DNA from: a virus
Length of the DNA stretch: 64,000 nt
Reading direction: 5' to 3' (one strand)
Virus record (IMG/VR): IMGVR_UViG_3300049846_002130
Location: 96,001 to 160,000 of that record
Shown: piece after piece, positions 17,989 to 26,112 of the stretch
How the letters are laid out: each line of letters begins with the position of its first letter
Numbering within the stretch: position 1 is the first letter of the stretch
Notes under the pieces: generated by a model
Databases searched by the model: none
Told to the model about the DNA's origin: nothing
The model's input: only the letters and a program-made list of their open reading frames with translations
Translations under genes and position numbers: made by a program

Positions 17989-18154
17989 TTTGAGCTGTCT
18001 CCTTTTCTAATCTATGTAAATGAGTTGCAATATAAAATGCAAATTTGTCTAGAATCGAGTCATACATATTTGTAGCTTGACCGAGTAAGCCCAAACTAGC
18101 TGCTAACTGAGCTGAATTCGGTGTCTTGGGCTGAGTTGGATTCGAACGTGACAT
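17963..18154 (-). CDS. hypothetical protein
   Basis: Coupled ORF. Confidence 0.5.
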   Translation of the reverse strand: MSRSNPTQPKTPNSAQLAASLGLLGQATNMYDSILDKFAFYIATHLHRLEKETAQNELFSKTS

Positions 18155-18389
18155 CGTTTTTCTCCATAAAAATTCTATATATATAGCCTAATCTAAAGGC
18201 TGTTGTGAACAGAACGCGAAAAGTCGAGTCTGAAAGATGCTGAGATAGAGCTTCTAAAGCTTTGTTAATAAATAGCTGTTGGTCTTCTTTCTCTGGATTA
18301 GCCATTAGTTTATTAAACAATAAGTCTACTAATTCTTTATTCGTGTATTTAGAAGTACCTGCTGAGGTTTTAACAGACCACATCACCAA
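18096..18389 (-). CDS. hypothetical protein
   Basis: Coupled ORF. Confidence 0.6.
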   Translation of the reverse strand: MVMWSVKTSAGTSKYTNKELVDLLFNKLMANPEKEDQQLFINKALEALSQHLSDSTFRVLFTTAFRLGYIYRIFMEKNDVTFESNSAQDTEFSSVSS

Positions 18390-18829
18390 CCTAACATCTT
18401 GGGTAAGGCTGTTCGTATAAGTATACCTAGGGCAGAGAACTCTCCCCCTGAGAGCGAAACTGTTATCATACGAGAGGTTCTATCAGCATCTGTTTGTCTG
18501 ATAGACATTAACCAAGTCCCAGCATACCGCTCATCTGTACTTTCCTTAAAAGAGATGGATTTAGTTGTTCCTTGGTACTCGTGAACAATCTTTGTTGTTT
18601 CTGGGTTTTCTAGTAAATGACAAAGATCTGCAGTACCTAATGCAATTGAAATTTTACCATCTTTCCAGTCGTATAGTTTATTTTCTCCATCTGTTCCAAC
18701 TACTTTTGCTGCTTCAACAAGAATTGCTCCTGCTTTATCCATCCAATCATTGTCTTTAGCTCTGGGAGCAAGAAATGAGAATTTGGCTGCAGCCGAGCCT
18801 TTAAAAATATCAAATGAGCCTGGCTTCAT
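18383..18829 (-). CDS. Whirly-domain ssDNA-binding protein
   Basis: IFKGSAA, YDW...I.L, GEFSAL and terminal LPKMLGW align colinearly with plant Whirly motifs (IYKGKAA, YDW, AEFAVL, LPYLIGW). Confidence 0.8.
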   Translation of the reverse strand: MKPGSFDIFKGSAAAKFSFLAPRAKDNDWMDKAGAILVEAAKVVGTDGENKLYDWKDGKISIALGTADLCHLLENPETTKIVHEYQGTTKSISFKESTDERYAGTWLMSIRQTDADRTSRMITVSLSGGEFSALGILIRTALPKMLGW

Positions 18830-19091
18830 TATTGGTCCCCTTGTTTGAATACCATGTTTGCATTAAAAGACCTTGTGCAATTAATGCGTTCTCTGGTGTT
18901 TCACCATATGTTTTTCTATGCTGATGCAAATAGTCTACTAGCTCTTGATAGCTGATAGATTCTGCCCCAGTCTTACTTAATCCAATATTAATGAGAACGT
19001 CGGCAAATATACCGATGATCTCCTTTGTTGTCAAAGTTGTACTATTAAGCAGATTAATAATTTGATCTGCTATATCTTCTTCTAGTTTCAT
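18810..19091 (-). CDS. hypothetical protein
   Basis: Coupled ORF. Confidence 0.65.
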   Translation of the reverse strand: MKLEEDIADQIINLLNSTTLTTKEIIGIFADVLINIGLSKTGAESISYQELVDYLHQHRKTYGETPENALIAQGLLMQTWYSNKGTNNEARLI

Positions 19092-19103
19092 TTTTTAAAA
19101 ATT

Positions 19104-19134
19104 AAAGTGGTCGGAGATTAACTCCGACCACTTT
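19104..19134 (-). terminator. 13-bp hairpin terminator closing the Ubl operon
   Basis: aaagtggtcggag / ctccgaccacttt, followed by a T-rich run on the minus strand. Confidence 0.75.
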
Positions 19135-19291
19135 CTACCTGTATGTTCCAAGCTTTTAATCCTCTATAAACTTCATACATTTTTATATCAGGATTTTGTT
19201 TACATCTTTCGATGAAGCCAGGAACATTGGCTTTGATTTGAGATAAGGCTTCTTTACATTGCTTAGGGGAATATACTTCCGTCCCAAACAT
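19118..19291 (-). CDS. 57-aa hypothetical protein coupled to the Ubl gene
   Basis: ATG overlaps the Ubl stop (TAATG). Confidence 0.55.
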   Translation of the reverse strand: MFGTEVYSPKQCKEALSQIKANVPGFIERCKQNPDIKMYEVYRGLKAWNIQVESGRS

Positions 19292-19512
19292 TAGAAAGCG
19301 CCTTTGGATCCCTGGACTGCCCAAATCTCTTCTACGCCATCTACACAGGTAGTAGAGAACTCACTAGGAGCTACCTCAGTTTCGCCACCAAGAAGAATCT
19401 TATAGGTGCTATCGATCTGTAGGTGAGACACTACATCTTGAACGGTAGTGCCCTGGGTAACTTGGACTGTCTTGGTGTTCCCCGCGGGAACAAATAGTAC
19501 ATGAATTGTCAT
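19291..19512 (-). CDS. ubiquitin-like (beta-grasp, ThiS/MoaD-like) protein
   Basis: 73 aa with beta-beta-alpha-beta pattern, ending GSKGAF; directly after the E1 gene (ATGA overlap). Confidence 0.7.
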   Translation of the reverse strand: MTIHVLFVPAGNTKTVQVTQGTTVQDVVSHLQIDSTYKILLGGETEVAPSEFSTTCVDGVEEIWAVQGSKGAF

Positions 19513-20222
19513 TCTATCTCCTTTAAGTTGTATTGCTTTACAAATAGTTTACTATCTTTCATAACTGTAATTGTTCCATATGGATATTTAAAGGCACTAG
19601 TTGTTGCTTTAGCAACCAGTAGCGTACAAATATATTGTACCATATAGGCAGATATCGTAGTTACAAGAGTGGAACATAGACGCTGATTACAAGGGCCTTC
19701 TGGAATGAGGCTATCATCCATAAAGCTATCTGTCCACTGTCTATATAGTTCAGAGTTTAAAGGATTTATTACATGTATTTCTCCATGTTCAAATCCAAGG
19801 CGTGCTTCAATAGCTAACAGTATATTTGTGTTATACAAGATACCTTGTGATATATCTTTTCGACTCTTCATAGAGTCGGTAGCTATTATTAAAAAGCCCT
19901 CCACATGCGCAGCATCAGCTGCGCTAGTATAAAACCTATTATATGTTTTTACTTCTATGTCTGGATTAAATTCACGAAGCAACTCTGACAATGCTTCTAC
20001 TTTAGATTTTCCTATATGTTTGGGAAAGAACTGCTGATTTGCTAGATTATAGTCTTCAACAACATCTGCATCATAAAGAACAAACTTTTTAAATCCCATA
20101 CGGGCCGCGATCATAGCAACATTAGAGCCAACACCCCCACATCCAACAATAACTATTGGATGTGTTATCATATTTGGATGTAGCCATCCAGAATGTCTTA
20201 GAAATGATGGCTTATTCTCCAT
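19509..20222 (-). CDS. ThiF/E1-like adenylyltransferase
   Basis: GCGGVGS, YDADVVEDYNLANQ, KSKVEAL, ATDSMKSR, EARLG; candidate thioester Cys in GPCNQ. Confidence 0.9.
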   Translation of the reverse strand: MENKPSFLRHSGWLHPNMITHPIVIVGCGGVGSNVAMIAARMGFKKFVLYDADVVEDYNLANQQFFPKHIGKSKVEALSELLREFNPDIEVKTYNRFYTSAADAAHVEGFLIIATDSMKSRKDISQGILYNTNILLAIEARLGFEHGEIHVINPLNSELYRQWTDSFMDDSLIPEGPCNQRLCSTLVTTISAYMVQYICTLLVAKATTSAFKYPYGTITVMKDSKLFVKQYNLKEIE

Positions 20223-20580
20223 ACTCGATTCCTTTAAAGAGCATTAATAGTTCTTTTAATACTTTTACTTTTTCTGTAGAGCTAGATTCTTTAAATACGG
20301 AGTTATCAACAAGATATAATGTTGTAGCTAAAAGTAAAACTAATACATTTGCATCAACAGCAGTTGTAGAAAACATCTTAGTTATTTCTGATAAGCTTAC
20401 TGGCTCAAATATATCTTTTATTGGTACTTTCTTTTCTTTAGCCGAAGTAACTATACGATGAAGCCTTATTGTAATACCTAGCCATCGTAATGCTTTATTT
20501 CTATCAAGTCCCCAACCTTTCAATAACAAAAGGAATCTATCTAAATGAGTCTGGATAGATGAAGGAGTCATTGCTTCCAC
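20212..20580 (-). CDS. hypothetical protein, or -1 frameshift extension of the JAB protein
   Basis: Frame stays open upstream past 20739, overlapping the JAB stop region. Confidence 0.65.
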   Translation of the reverse strand: MEAMTPSSIQTHLDRFLLLLKGWGLDRNKALRWLGITIRLHRIVTSAKEKKVPIKDIFEPVSLSEITKMFSTTAVDANVLVLLLATTLYLVDNSVFKESSSTEKVKVLKELLMLFKGIEYGE

Positions 20581-20726
20581 TAAGGATTCACCTGCTTCGA
20601 GTAGGTAGCTAAGTTTATATGGCTCGAAATCTGGTGACTCAATAATTTTAGTAATGAATTGATTTTTATTTATAAAGTCTATCTGTTGTTTATCAAATAG
20701 ATTTATAAATTTATAGTTACTTCGGC

Positions 20727-21467
20727 CTAGTGTTTTCCCATATAGTGAAACACAAAATCAGTTTGATCAGTAGTCGTTGTAGTGTCTTTCGAGGTCGTCG
20801 TACCAGCATACACGCTCTGAGCTAAAGGGGCGGGTGGACTTCCTCCAGAAGTTACTGTAACTACAGAACTCTTTTTACTAACCAAAGAGCTGATAGCACT
20901 ATCTATTTTCTTATAGTTATAGCTGTTTTCAACAGCTATTGGAGGCTGCTCGATTATAATCCCATCTAGACTTGGATCAAAGACTCTGCAATAAATATCA
21001 CGTTTCTGATTAAAGATTAGCATTGCTTTTGGTGTAGTAGCATCTTTAATTAGAGCTGTCCAGTTTTCTTGATCAGTACCAGTAGGCTTTGCTTCCATAT
21101 TAACATGGGAATGGCACCAAGCTCCTGCCTCAGACATCAAAGTCTTAAGCTCCGTAGCAGTAAGATTACGGTCTTTCTTAAGTTGTTGCCACATCTCAGC
21201 TAAGTCTGCTGGCTCACTATCAACTGTTATTGTGGTAACAGTTTGCTTTGGTATAAAGATATCACTAATTCGATAAAATATCTTACCGTTTTGACGCTCT
21301 GAATAATCTGGTATTATTCTAGAGTACCACTGACCCTCAAACGTCTTAAGTTCATCTACAAAGTATTCGCTTAACTCTAAACATTCTTGATCAAAAACCA
21401 CATAATATTTATAAGCAGTAGTAAGAGTTGGAGTCCTTTCTGCTATTAGTTTCTTAGATAGTGTCAT
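20727..21467 (-). CDS. JAB/MPN+ metallo-isopeptidase (deubiquitinase-like)
   Basis: FEGQW...WCHSHVNMEAKPTGTD fits E...HxHx7(S/T)xxD. Confidence 0.8.
   Translation of the reverse strand: MTLSKKLIAERTPTLTTAYKYYVVFDQECLELSEYFVDELKTFEGQWYSRIIPDYSERQNGKIFYRISDIFIPKQTVTTITVDSEPADLAEMWQQLKKDRNLTATELKTLMSEAGAWCHSHVNMEAKPTGTDQENWTALIKDATTPKAMLIFNQKRDIYCRVFDPSLDGIIIEQPPIAVENSYNYKKIDSAISSLVSKKSSVVTVTSGGSPPAPLAQSVYAGTTTSKDTTTTTDQTDFVFHYMGKH
20733..20739 (-). promoter_or_regulatory. candidate -1 ribosomal frameshift heptamer G-GGA-AAA
   Basis: X-XXY-YYZ in the JAB frame (ATG GGA AAA CAC TAG); the -1 frame is open to 20212. Confidence 0.6.
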
Positions 21468-21474
21468 CTATTTT

Positions 21475-23175
21475 TTAACCTTCTTCGTAAAGTGGAAACC
21501 ATGTATACTCTGCTCCCCACTGGTCCTTACTGTTAACCGATGTAACCCATGAATCAACTGCGTAAAACAACTGACCCAAATCTCCCTCAGAGATTGCCCT
21601 TTTAATATTTGCTTCTGCTTCTCCGAAACAAATTTTAGTTGGTTTATTATAAGCTGATTTTATGCTTTTGACATCTTTTCTATTCATAGCTGTTGCAGCT
21701 GAGTGTGGATGAGCCTTGATATTTACAATATCTCCTATAGCTGGAGAGATACCTATAATAGAACTTAAATCTAGAGGATATATTTTTCCAATTAGATCTC
21801 CTCTATAAGAATAACCAATACTTATTCTGTAGGGTCCTGCTACAACTAAAGTTGTATTAGTTCCTTTTTCTGCTTTATCAACATATAGAATTGAAGGCTT
21901 TATAGTCTGCAGCTCAATATTTAAACTTTGAATTCTATCTTTTTCTTCTATAAGCTCTTTTAAAAAGATACTGTATTTATCTTCTGTATTTAAATCTAAC
22001 TCTGTATAAGAATTATACATGGTCTCTATAGTAATAGCTTGTAAGCTATAATTAGATAAAAGTCCAAGGCCCAAAAATTTACAGAATGTTTTTGTATTTT
22101 TAAGTGTATTAAGATATATTTCTGCAGCTAAGTTACTATTGGTTTTCGCTATAGTTAAACTTTCTTTAATCTTTTGATGGGTTTCTAGATAACCTTTAAG
22201 CTTTAATTCAAGATCTTTAATAAGATTTTGATTACTTTCTACATTTTTTGTAACTGAAAGATCCTCAGAAAGAAGGGTATTTAAAAGATTAGTTTTAGTT
22301 TGAAATTCTTTTGCTCTTTCTTTTAATAAGATATATTCTTGTGATGGTCTTGGAATAAAGAGAGGCTCAGCTTTAAAGTCTTTGTCTACTTGTAGCTCAG
22401 TATCAATCTTATTTGCATCTTCTGGTGTAAGTAGCTCTGCTAAAACATTCCAGTTTTTAGTTAAGCTATTAAGATTAGTTAGGTCAATAGGCTTATTGAA
22501 AGCTGCGGCCCCACTATTAAGATACTTAATCATAAACTCGTGAATAGTTTTACCATAGGTGGCATATAGCTTTGCACTACATTTTGGTAAAACCATTACA
22601 TTGTGATTAACTATAGTATTATTAGCTTTTATAAATGGTAGGTTTAAGAAGAATACTTTTGGTGTCCTTGGATTCAAGGGCAAGTCTTCAACAACCACAT
22701 CCTTTAGAGAATTGGTCACGATATCGAAAACTGTAATACTATCTTTTGGTAATTGAGTTTTTAATATATTTAATAATGAATTATTAGAAAAGATAAAGGT
22801 TGAGTAGTCTCCAACATGACCATTAACTTTAGAACACCAACTTAATGCTTCTGTATACTTTATTGAATGCCAATCTTTGTCTAGTAGACTAGTTAAGCTT
22901 TCTAACTGTTTATAACTTAAATTAGGTAAGCTTGGTATTTTAAAATTAGGTAGTGTTGGATGTATGAATAGCAATATCTTAGGAATAAGATTGCTATAGT
23001 ATAATTCTCTTCCTCCTGGAAGTGTTTGGGGCTCAAAGGTGGAGGAAAGTGAAATTTTTGATTCTACGTAAACGTTATTTTCTTTTCTTCTATACATAAC
23101 TAACTGTTTAGTAGCAGACTGTGCTTCTAAAAAGTGGTTGCCTATTAATGCGTCAGTTGATAAAACAATACTCAT
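21475..23175 (-). CDS. prokaryotic E2/UBC-like domain on a long N-terminal and coiled-coil region
   Basis: C-terminal GPYRISI...HPH...ICFG...helix...VNSKDQWG pattern; located next to JAB, E1 and Ubl genes. Confidence 0.6.
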   Translation of the reverse strand: MSIVLSTDALIGNHFLEAQSATKQLVMYRRKENNVYVESKISLSSTFEPQTLPGGRELYYSNLIPKILLFIHPTLPNFKIPSLPNLSYKQLESLTSLLDKDWHSIKYTEALSWCSKVNGHVGDYSTFIFSNNSLLNILKTQLPKDSITVFDIVTNSLKDVVVEDLPLNPRTPKVFFLNLPFIKANNTIVNHNVMVLPKCSAKLYATYGKTIHEFMIKYLNSGAAAFNKPIDLTNLNSLTKNWNVLAELLTPEDANKIDTELQVDKDFKAEPLFIPRPSQEYILLKERAKEFQTKTNLLNTLLSEDLSVTKNVESNQNLIKDLELKLKGYLETHQKIKESLTIAKTNSNLAAEIYLNTLKNTKTFCKFLGLGLLSNYSLQAITIETMYNSYTELDLNTEDKYSIFLKELIEEKDRIQSLNIELQTIKPSILYVDKAEKGTNTTLVVAGPYRISIGYSYRGDLIGKIYPLDLSSIIGISPAIGDIVNIKAHPHSAATAMNRKDVKSIKSAYNKPTKICFGEAEANIKRAISEGDLGQLFYAVDSWVTSVNSKDQWGAEYTWFPLYEEG

Positions 23176-23178
23176 TTG

Positions 23179-23589
23179 TTACCCATTGTTAATAAAAGCT
23201 TTTGCTAAGTTTTCAATAAAATAATTAAGCACAAGGTTTCTTGATTTAGTATCATCAAGAATTTTAGGCCCTAAGAGAGAGATACCTAATTTAGTGGCTG
23301 AATTATTTTTTCTGTTATCCAGTCCAAAGTCTTCTAAGATCAGATCTACTTTTTTAGTATCAAGATAAATAAACTCTTTATTTAAGATTGTTTTAATTAT
23401 TCCTGCAGGCATGGGGAATAAGGTTGCTGCACCACGCGCAAAACAAGCACTTGACTGAAAATCAAAATATGGAGAAAGAATGTTTATTACTTCAGTATCC
23501 AACAAGCAGCCTTCTCTCATATAATAACCTAACAAAGCTTTCTGTAGGTTTGAGTAAACAAATGGGTTATTTAAATCCCATTTGTTCAT
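23179..23589 (-). CDS. hypothetical protein
   Basis: ATG at 23589 with GGAG SD. Confidence 0.65.
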   Translation of the reverse strand: MNKWDLNNPFVYSNLQKALLGYYMREGCLLDTEVINILSPYFDFQSSACFARGAATLFPMPAGIIKTILNKEFIYLDTKKVDLILEDFGLDNRKNNSATKLGISLLGPKILDDTKSRNLVLNYFIENLAKAFINNG

Positions 23590-23833
23590 ATATATACTCC
23601 AACACATCTGCCCCATCAGGGGCATTGATAAGCTCATCTATATCTATAGATATACCTATCGAATAGCAGATAGGACAAATATTACTTATATCGTCTCTAG
23701 TTGCTTTATAGCCACATTCTAATTCTGAACATATAAAGTACTTAGAAGCCAATTCCTGGTTTTCTGCTAGGGGTGGCTTTAGATTTTCTACTAATGACAA
23801 ATTCTTCATCCTTAGCAATATGTTTCTGTACAA
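23567..23833 (-). CDS. small zinc-ribbon protein, start uncertain
   Basis: CSELEC...CPIC. Confidence 0.55.
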   Translation of the reverse strand: MYRNILLRMKNLSLVENLKPPLAENQELASKYFICSELECGYKATRDDISNICPICYSIGISIDIDELINAPDGADVLEYIYEQMGFK

Positions 23834-25046
23834 GAAGTAGTTTTAAGTTTTTTTCTATTGTTCTTATACTGTCGTGAGTTAGTAGATTACTAATATCTAA
23901 GTCATTAGTAATAGTGTCTGAAATAGATAATTCTTTAGAAATCTTTGGAATAAGTTTGTTTTTTATAAGTTCCTTAAGCTCTTCAGTAGAATAGTTTCTG
24001 AAATGAACTTCGGTTAATCGATCTCTAAACGGCTTAGATAGTTTAGTATTGTCATTACTTGTAAATATAAAGGTAATGTTAGAAACATCAATAGGTTGAT
24101 TTATATAAGCATCTACCCAATTGGTATTCTGGCTTGGATCTAATAAACTTAAAAAGCTATTTTGTACTTCCGTGGAGCTTTTATCTATCTCGTCACATAC
24201 AAGAATTGGGTTTAAGCATTTGGTATTAATTAGTTCTTGAACTATAATTCCTGGAGAACTATTTGTATACGTTCTTAGGAAGCCAGAAACATAATTTTTA
24301 TCAGTCTTATCTCCGAGACTAAACACTCTCATTGGAGTTTCTAGTAGCTTTGCTAAATCATATGCAAACGTAGTTTTACCTACACCAGGAGGCCCACTAA
24401 ATAATAATGGTGGAAGGCCAGGCTTATCTAAGAAATAAGAGTAGCGTATGGTTAAGTACAACATAAGCTGATCTTCTTTTGATAAAGGTAAGACTTCTAT
24501 AAGATTTTTTATCTCTCCAATAGCATATTTTAAAGGTAGAGTTGTTTTAGGGATTTGGTCTAGGTACTGAATATAATTATTTAGATTATTATATTCAGTA
24601 GATCCAGGAACGAGTTTAGATAAACTGGACTTTAAAGAAAGCAACTTATTTGTTTTTTCTAAAAGAAACATAAGTGCTTCTTGAGAAGATAGCTCAAGAT
24701 ATTTTGCTCTTTCCTCTAAAGATGTCAGTATTAGTTCTGCTTTGCTATCTAATTCTTCAGTTGAAAAGCAATTAAGTGCATTAGCTTCTAGGGGCTCTGC
24801 AGAAATTGGTTCATATATATTACTTGTATAGTCTCTACAGAATATTTTAGATGTTGGTACAAATCTAATATTAGAGTCTTCAGGAAAAGCAGAGCCTATA
24901 TAACCTATAGTAAGTAGTTTGTCTTTATATGTAATTAGAACTACTGCTTCATATGGTTCTTGCGAATAGGGCTCAATATTAATTAATTTAAAACTTTGTA
25001 AGTATATAGGAATATGTACTTGTAATGGGACTATATGTATTCTCAT
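23742..25046 (-). CDS. Lon-type AAA+ ATPase without protease domain
   Basis: GPPGVGKT, RTYTNSSPG, CDEIDK, LLDPSQN, DVSNITFIFTSN; ends RKPGIGF. Confidence 0.85.
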   Translation of the reverse strand: MRIHIVPLQVHIPIYLQSFKLINIEPYSQEPYEAVVLITYKDKLLTIGYIGSAFPEDSNIRFVPTSKIFCRDYTSNIYEPISAEPLEANALNCFSTEELDSKAELILTSLEERAKYLELSSQEALMFLLEKTNKLLSLKSSLSKLVPGSTEYNNLNNYIQYLDQIPKTTLPLKYAIGEIKNLIEVLPLSKEDQLMLYLTIRYSYFLDKPGLPPLLFSGPPGVGKTTFAYDLAKLLETPMRVFSLGDKTDKNYVSGFLRTYTNSSPGIIVQELINTKCLNPILVCDEIDKSSTEVQNSFLSLLDPSQNTNWVDAYINQPIDVSNITFIFTSNDNTKLSKPFRDRLTEVHFRNYSTEELKELIKNKLIPKISKELSISDTITNDLDISNLLTHDSIRTIEKNLKLLLVQKHIAKDEEFVISRKSKATPSRKPGIGF

Positions 25047-25050
25047 TTAG

Positions 25051-25320
25051 TTATGATTTAACTAGACGAGTTACGAAAGCTTGAACAAGATCTTGTATTT
25101 CTTTTCTTAATAAATCACTGTCTTGTTTAGCTAACCTTCGCTCTTCCTTCTCCTCTTTTAAAAGACTATTCAGAAACTGAACTTCTTTTTGTGTATTTGT
25201 TGGAAACCATTTGGCTCTTATATAATGATATAAGAGTATGCCTACTGTGCTTTGACCAATAAAAGAAAATAATACTGTGACTGTAAACCAAAAGGTTACA
25301 AAGCTATCACTCAATATCAT
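25051..25320 (-). CDS. membrane-anchored coiled-coil protein
   Basis: N-terminal TM helix followed by a charged helix. Confidence 0.6.
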   Translation of the reverse strand: MILSDSFVTFWFTVTVLFSFIGQSTVGILLYHYIRAKWFPTNTQKEVQFLNSLLKEEKEERRLAKQDSDLLRKEIQDLVQAFVTRLVKS

Positions 25321-25513
25321 CTTTTTTCTTTAGTTGACGTTTGGCTGGTTGAGGCTCTAACTTCGATTCTGACTTTGGTTCAGGAGTTGGTTTGCTATCA
25401 ACACTAATCAATGCTTCTAGCCTTTTAACGCTTTGCTCCAAAACTTCAATTCGGCTTCTTAAAAGCTTAATTTGTTTTGCCTGATGTATTGCTGTCATCA
25501 GCTCTTGACTCAT
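25307..25513 (-). CDS. hypothetical coiled-coil protein
   Basis: ATG at 25513 with GGAG SD. Confidence 0.6.
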   Translation of the reverse strand: MSQELMTAIHQAKQIKLLRSRIEVLEQSVKRLEALISVDSKPTPEPKSESKLEPQPAKRQLKKKDDIE

Positions 25514-26112
25514 AGCTCCTCCACGATACTTATTGCCCACGCAATGTCTTCTACCAGAGTACTTCTCTTACTAGGATTTCTAAGAATATAGCTTGGATGA
25601 TATGTAGTCAAGACCAATATATCTTGTATAGTAAATCTTTGACTAGCAAAGGCTCCAAATCGATCTATTCTTGCTAGGCGACATAATGTATCAGCTGCCA
25701 CACGGCCCAGTCCAAGTATGAACTTAGGTTTAACCAACTGTATTTGTTTTACAAGAAAAGGCTGACAAGCTAGTTGTTCTTCAAGCAAAGGGGTTCTGTT
25801 ATAAGGTGGCCGATGTTTAACTACATTGGTAACAAATGTCTTATGTCTTTTGTTATCCCACCCAGCTTCAGTCAAGACTTGCTGAAGTAGCTGACCGGCG
25901 GGCCCGACAAGGGGCACGCCGAAGCCGTCATCATAAAGCTCTGGATTACTTTCTACCTCACCAGGAGCCTCAGCACAGATAAATAGCTCAGCAGAGCTAT
26001 GGCCCTCTCCAGGCACCGGAAGCCATGGGCTAGAGTGATCGGTATTTAATATACAGCCTGTGCACTGCTTAATTTGGGTTCGAAGACTCTGTAGTGAGTA
26101 AGGCTCTGACAT
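25510..26112 (-). CDS. uracil-DNA glycosylase, family 4
   Basis: CTGC, EAPG, LVGPAG, TNVVKHRP, LGRVA, TYHPS. Confidence 0.92.
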   Translation of the reverse strand: MSEPYSLQSLRTQIKQCTGCILNTDHSSPWLPVPGEGHSSAELFICAEAPGEVESNPELYDDGFGVPLVGPAGQLLQQVLTEAGWDNKRHKTFVTNVVKHRPPYNRTPLLEEQLACQPFLVKQIQLVKPKFILGLGRVAADTLCRLARIDRFGAFASQRFTIQDILVLTTYHPSYILRNPSKRSTLVEDIAWAISIVEEL

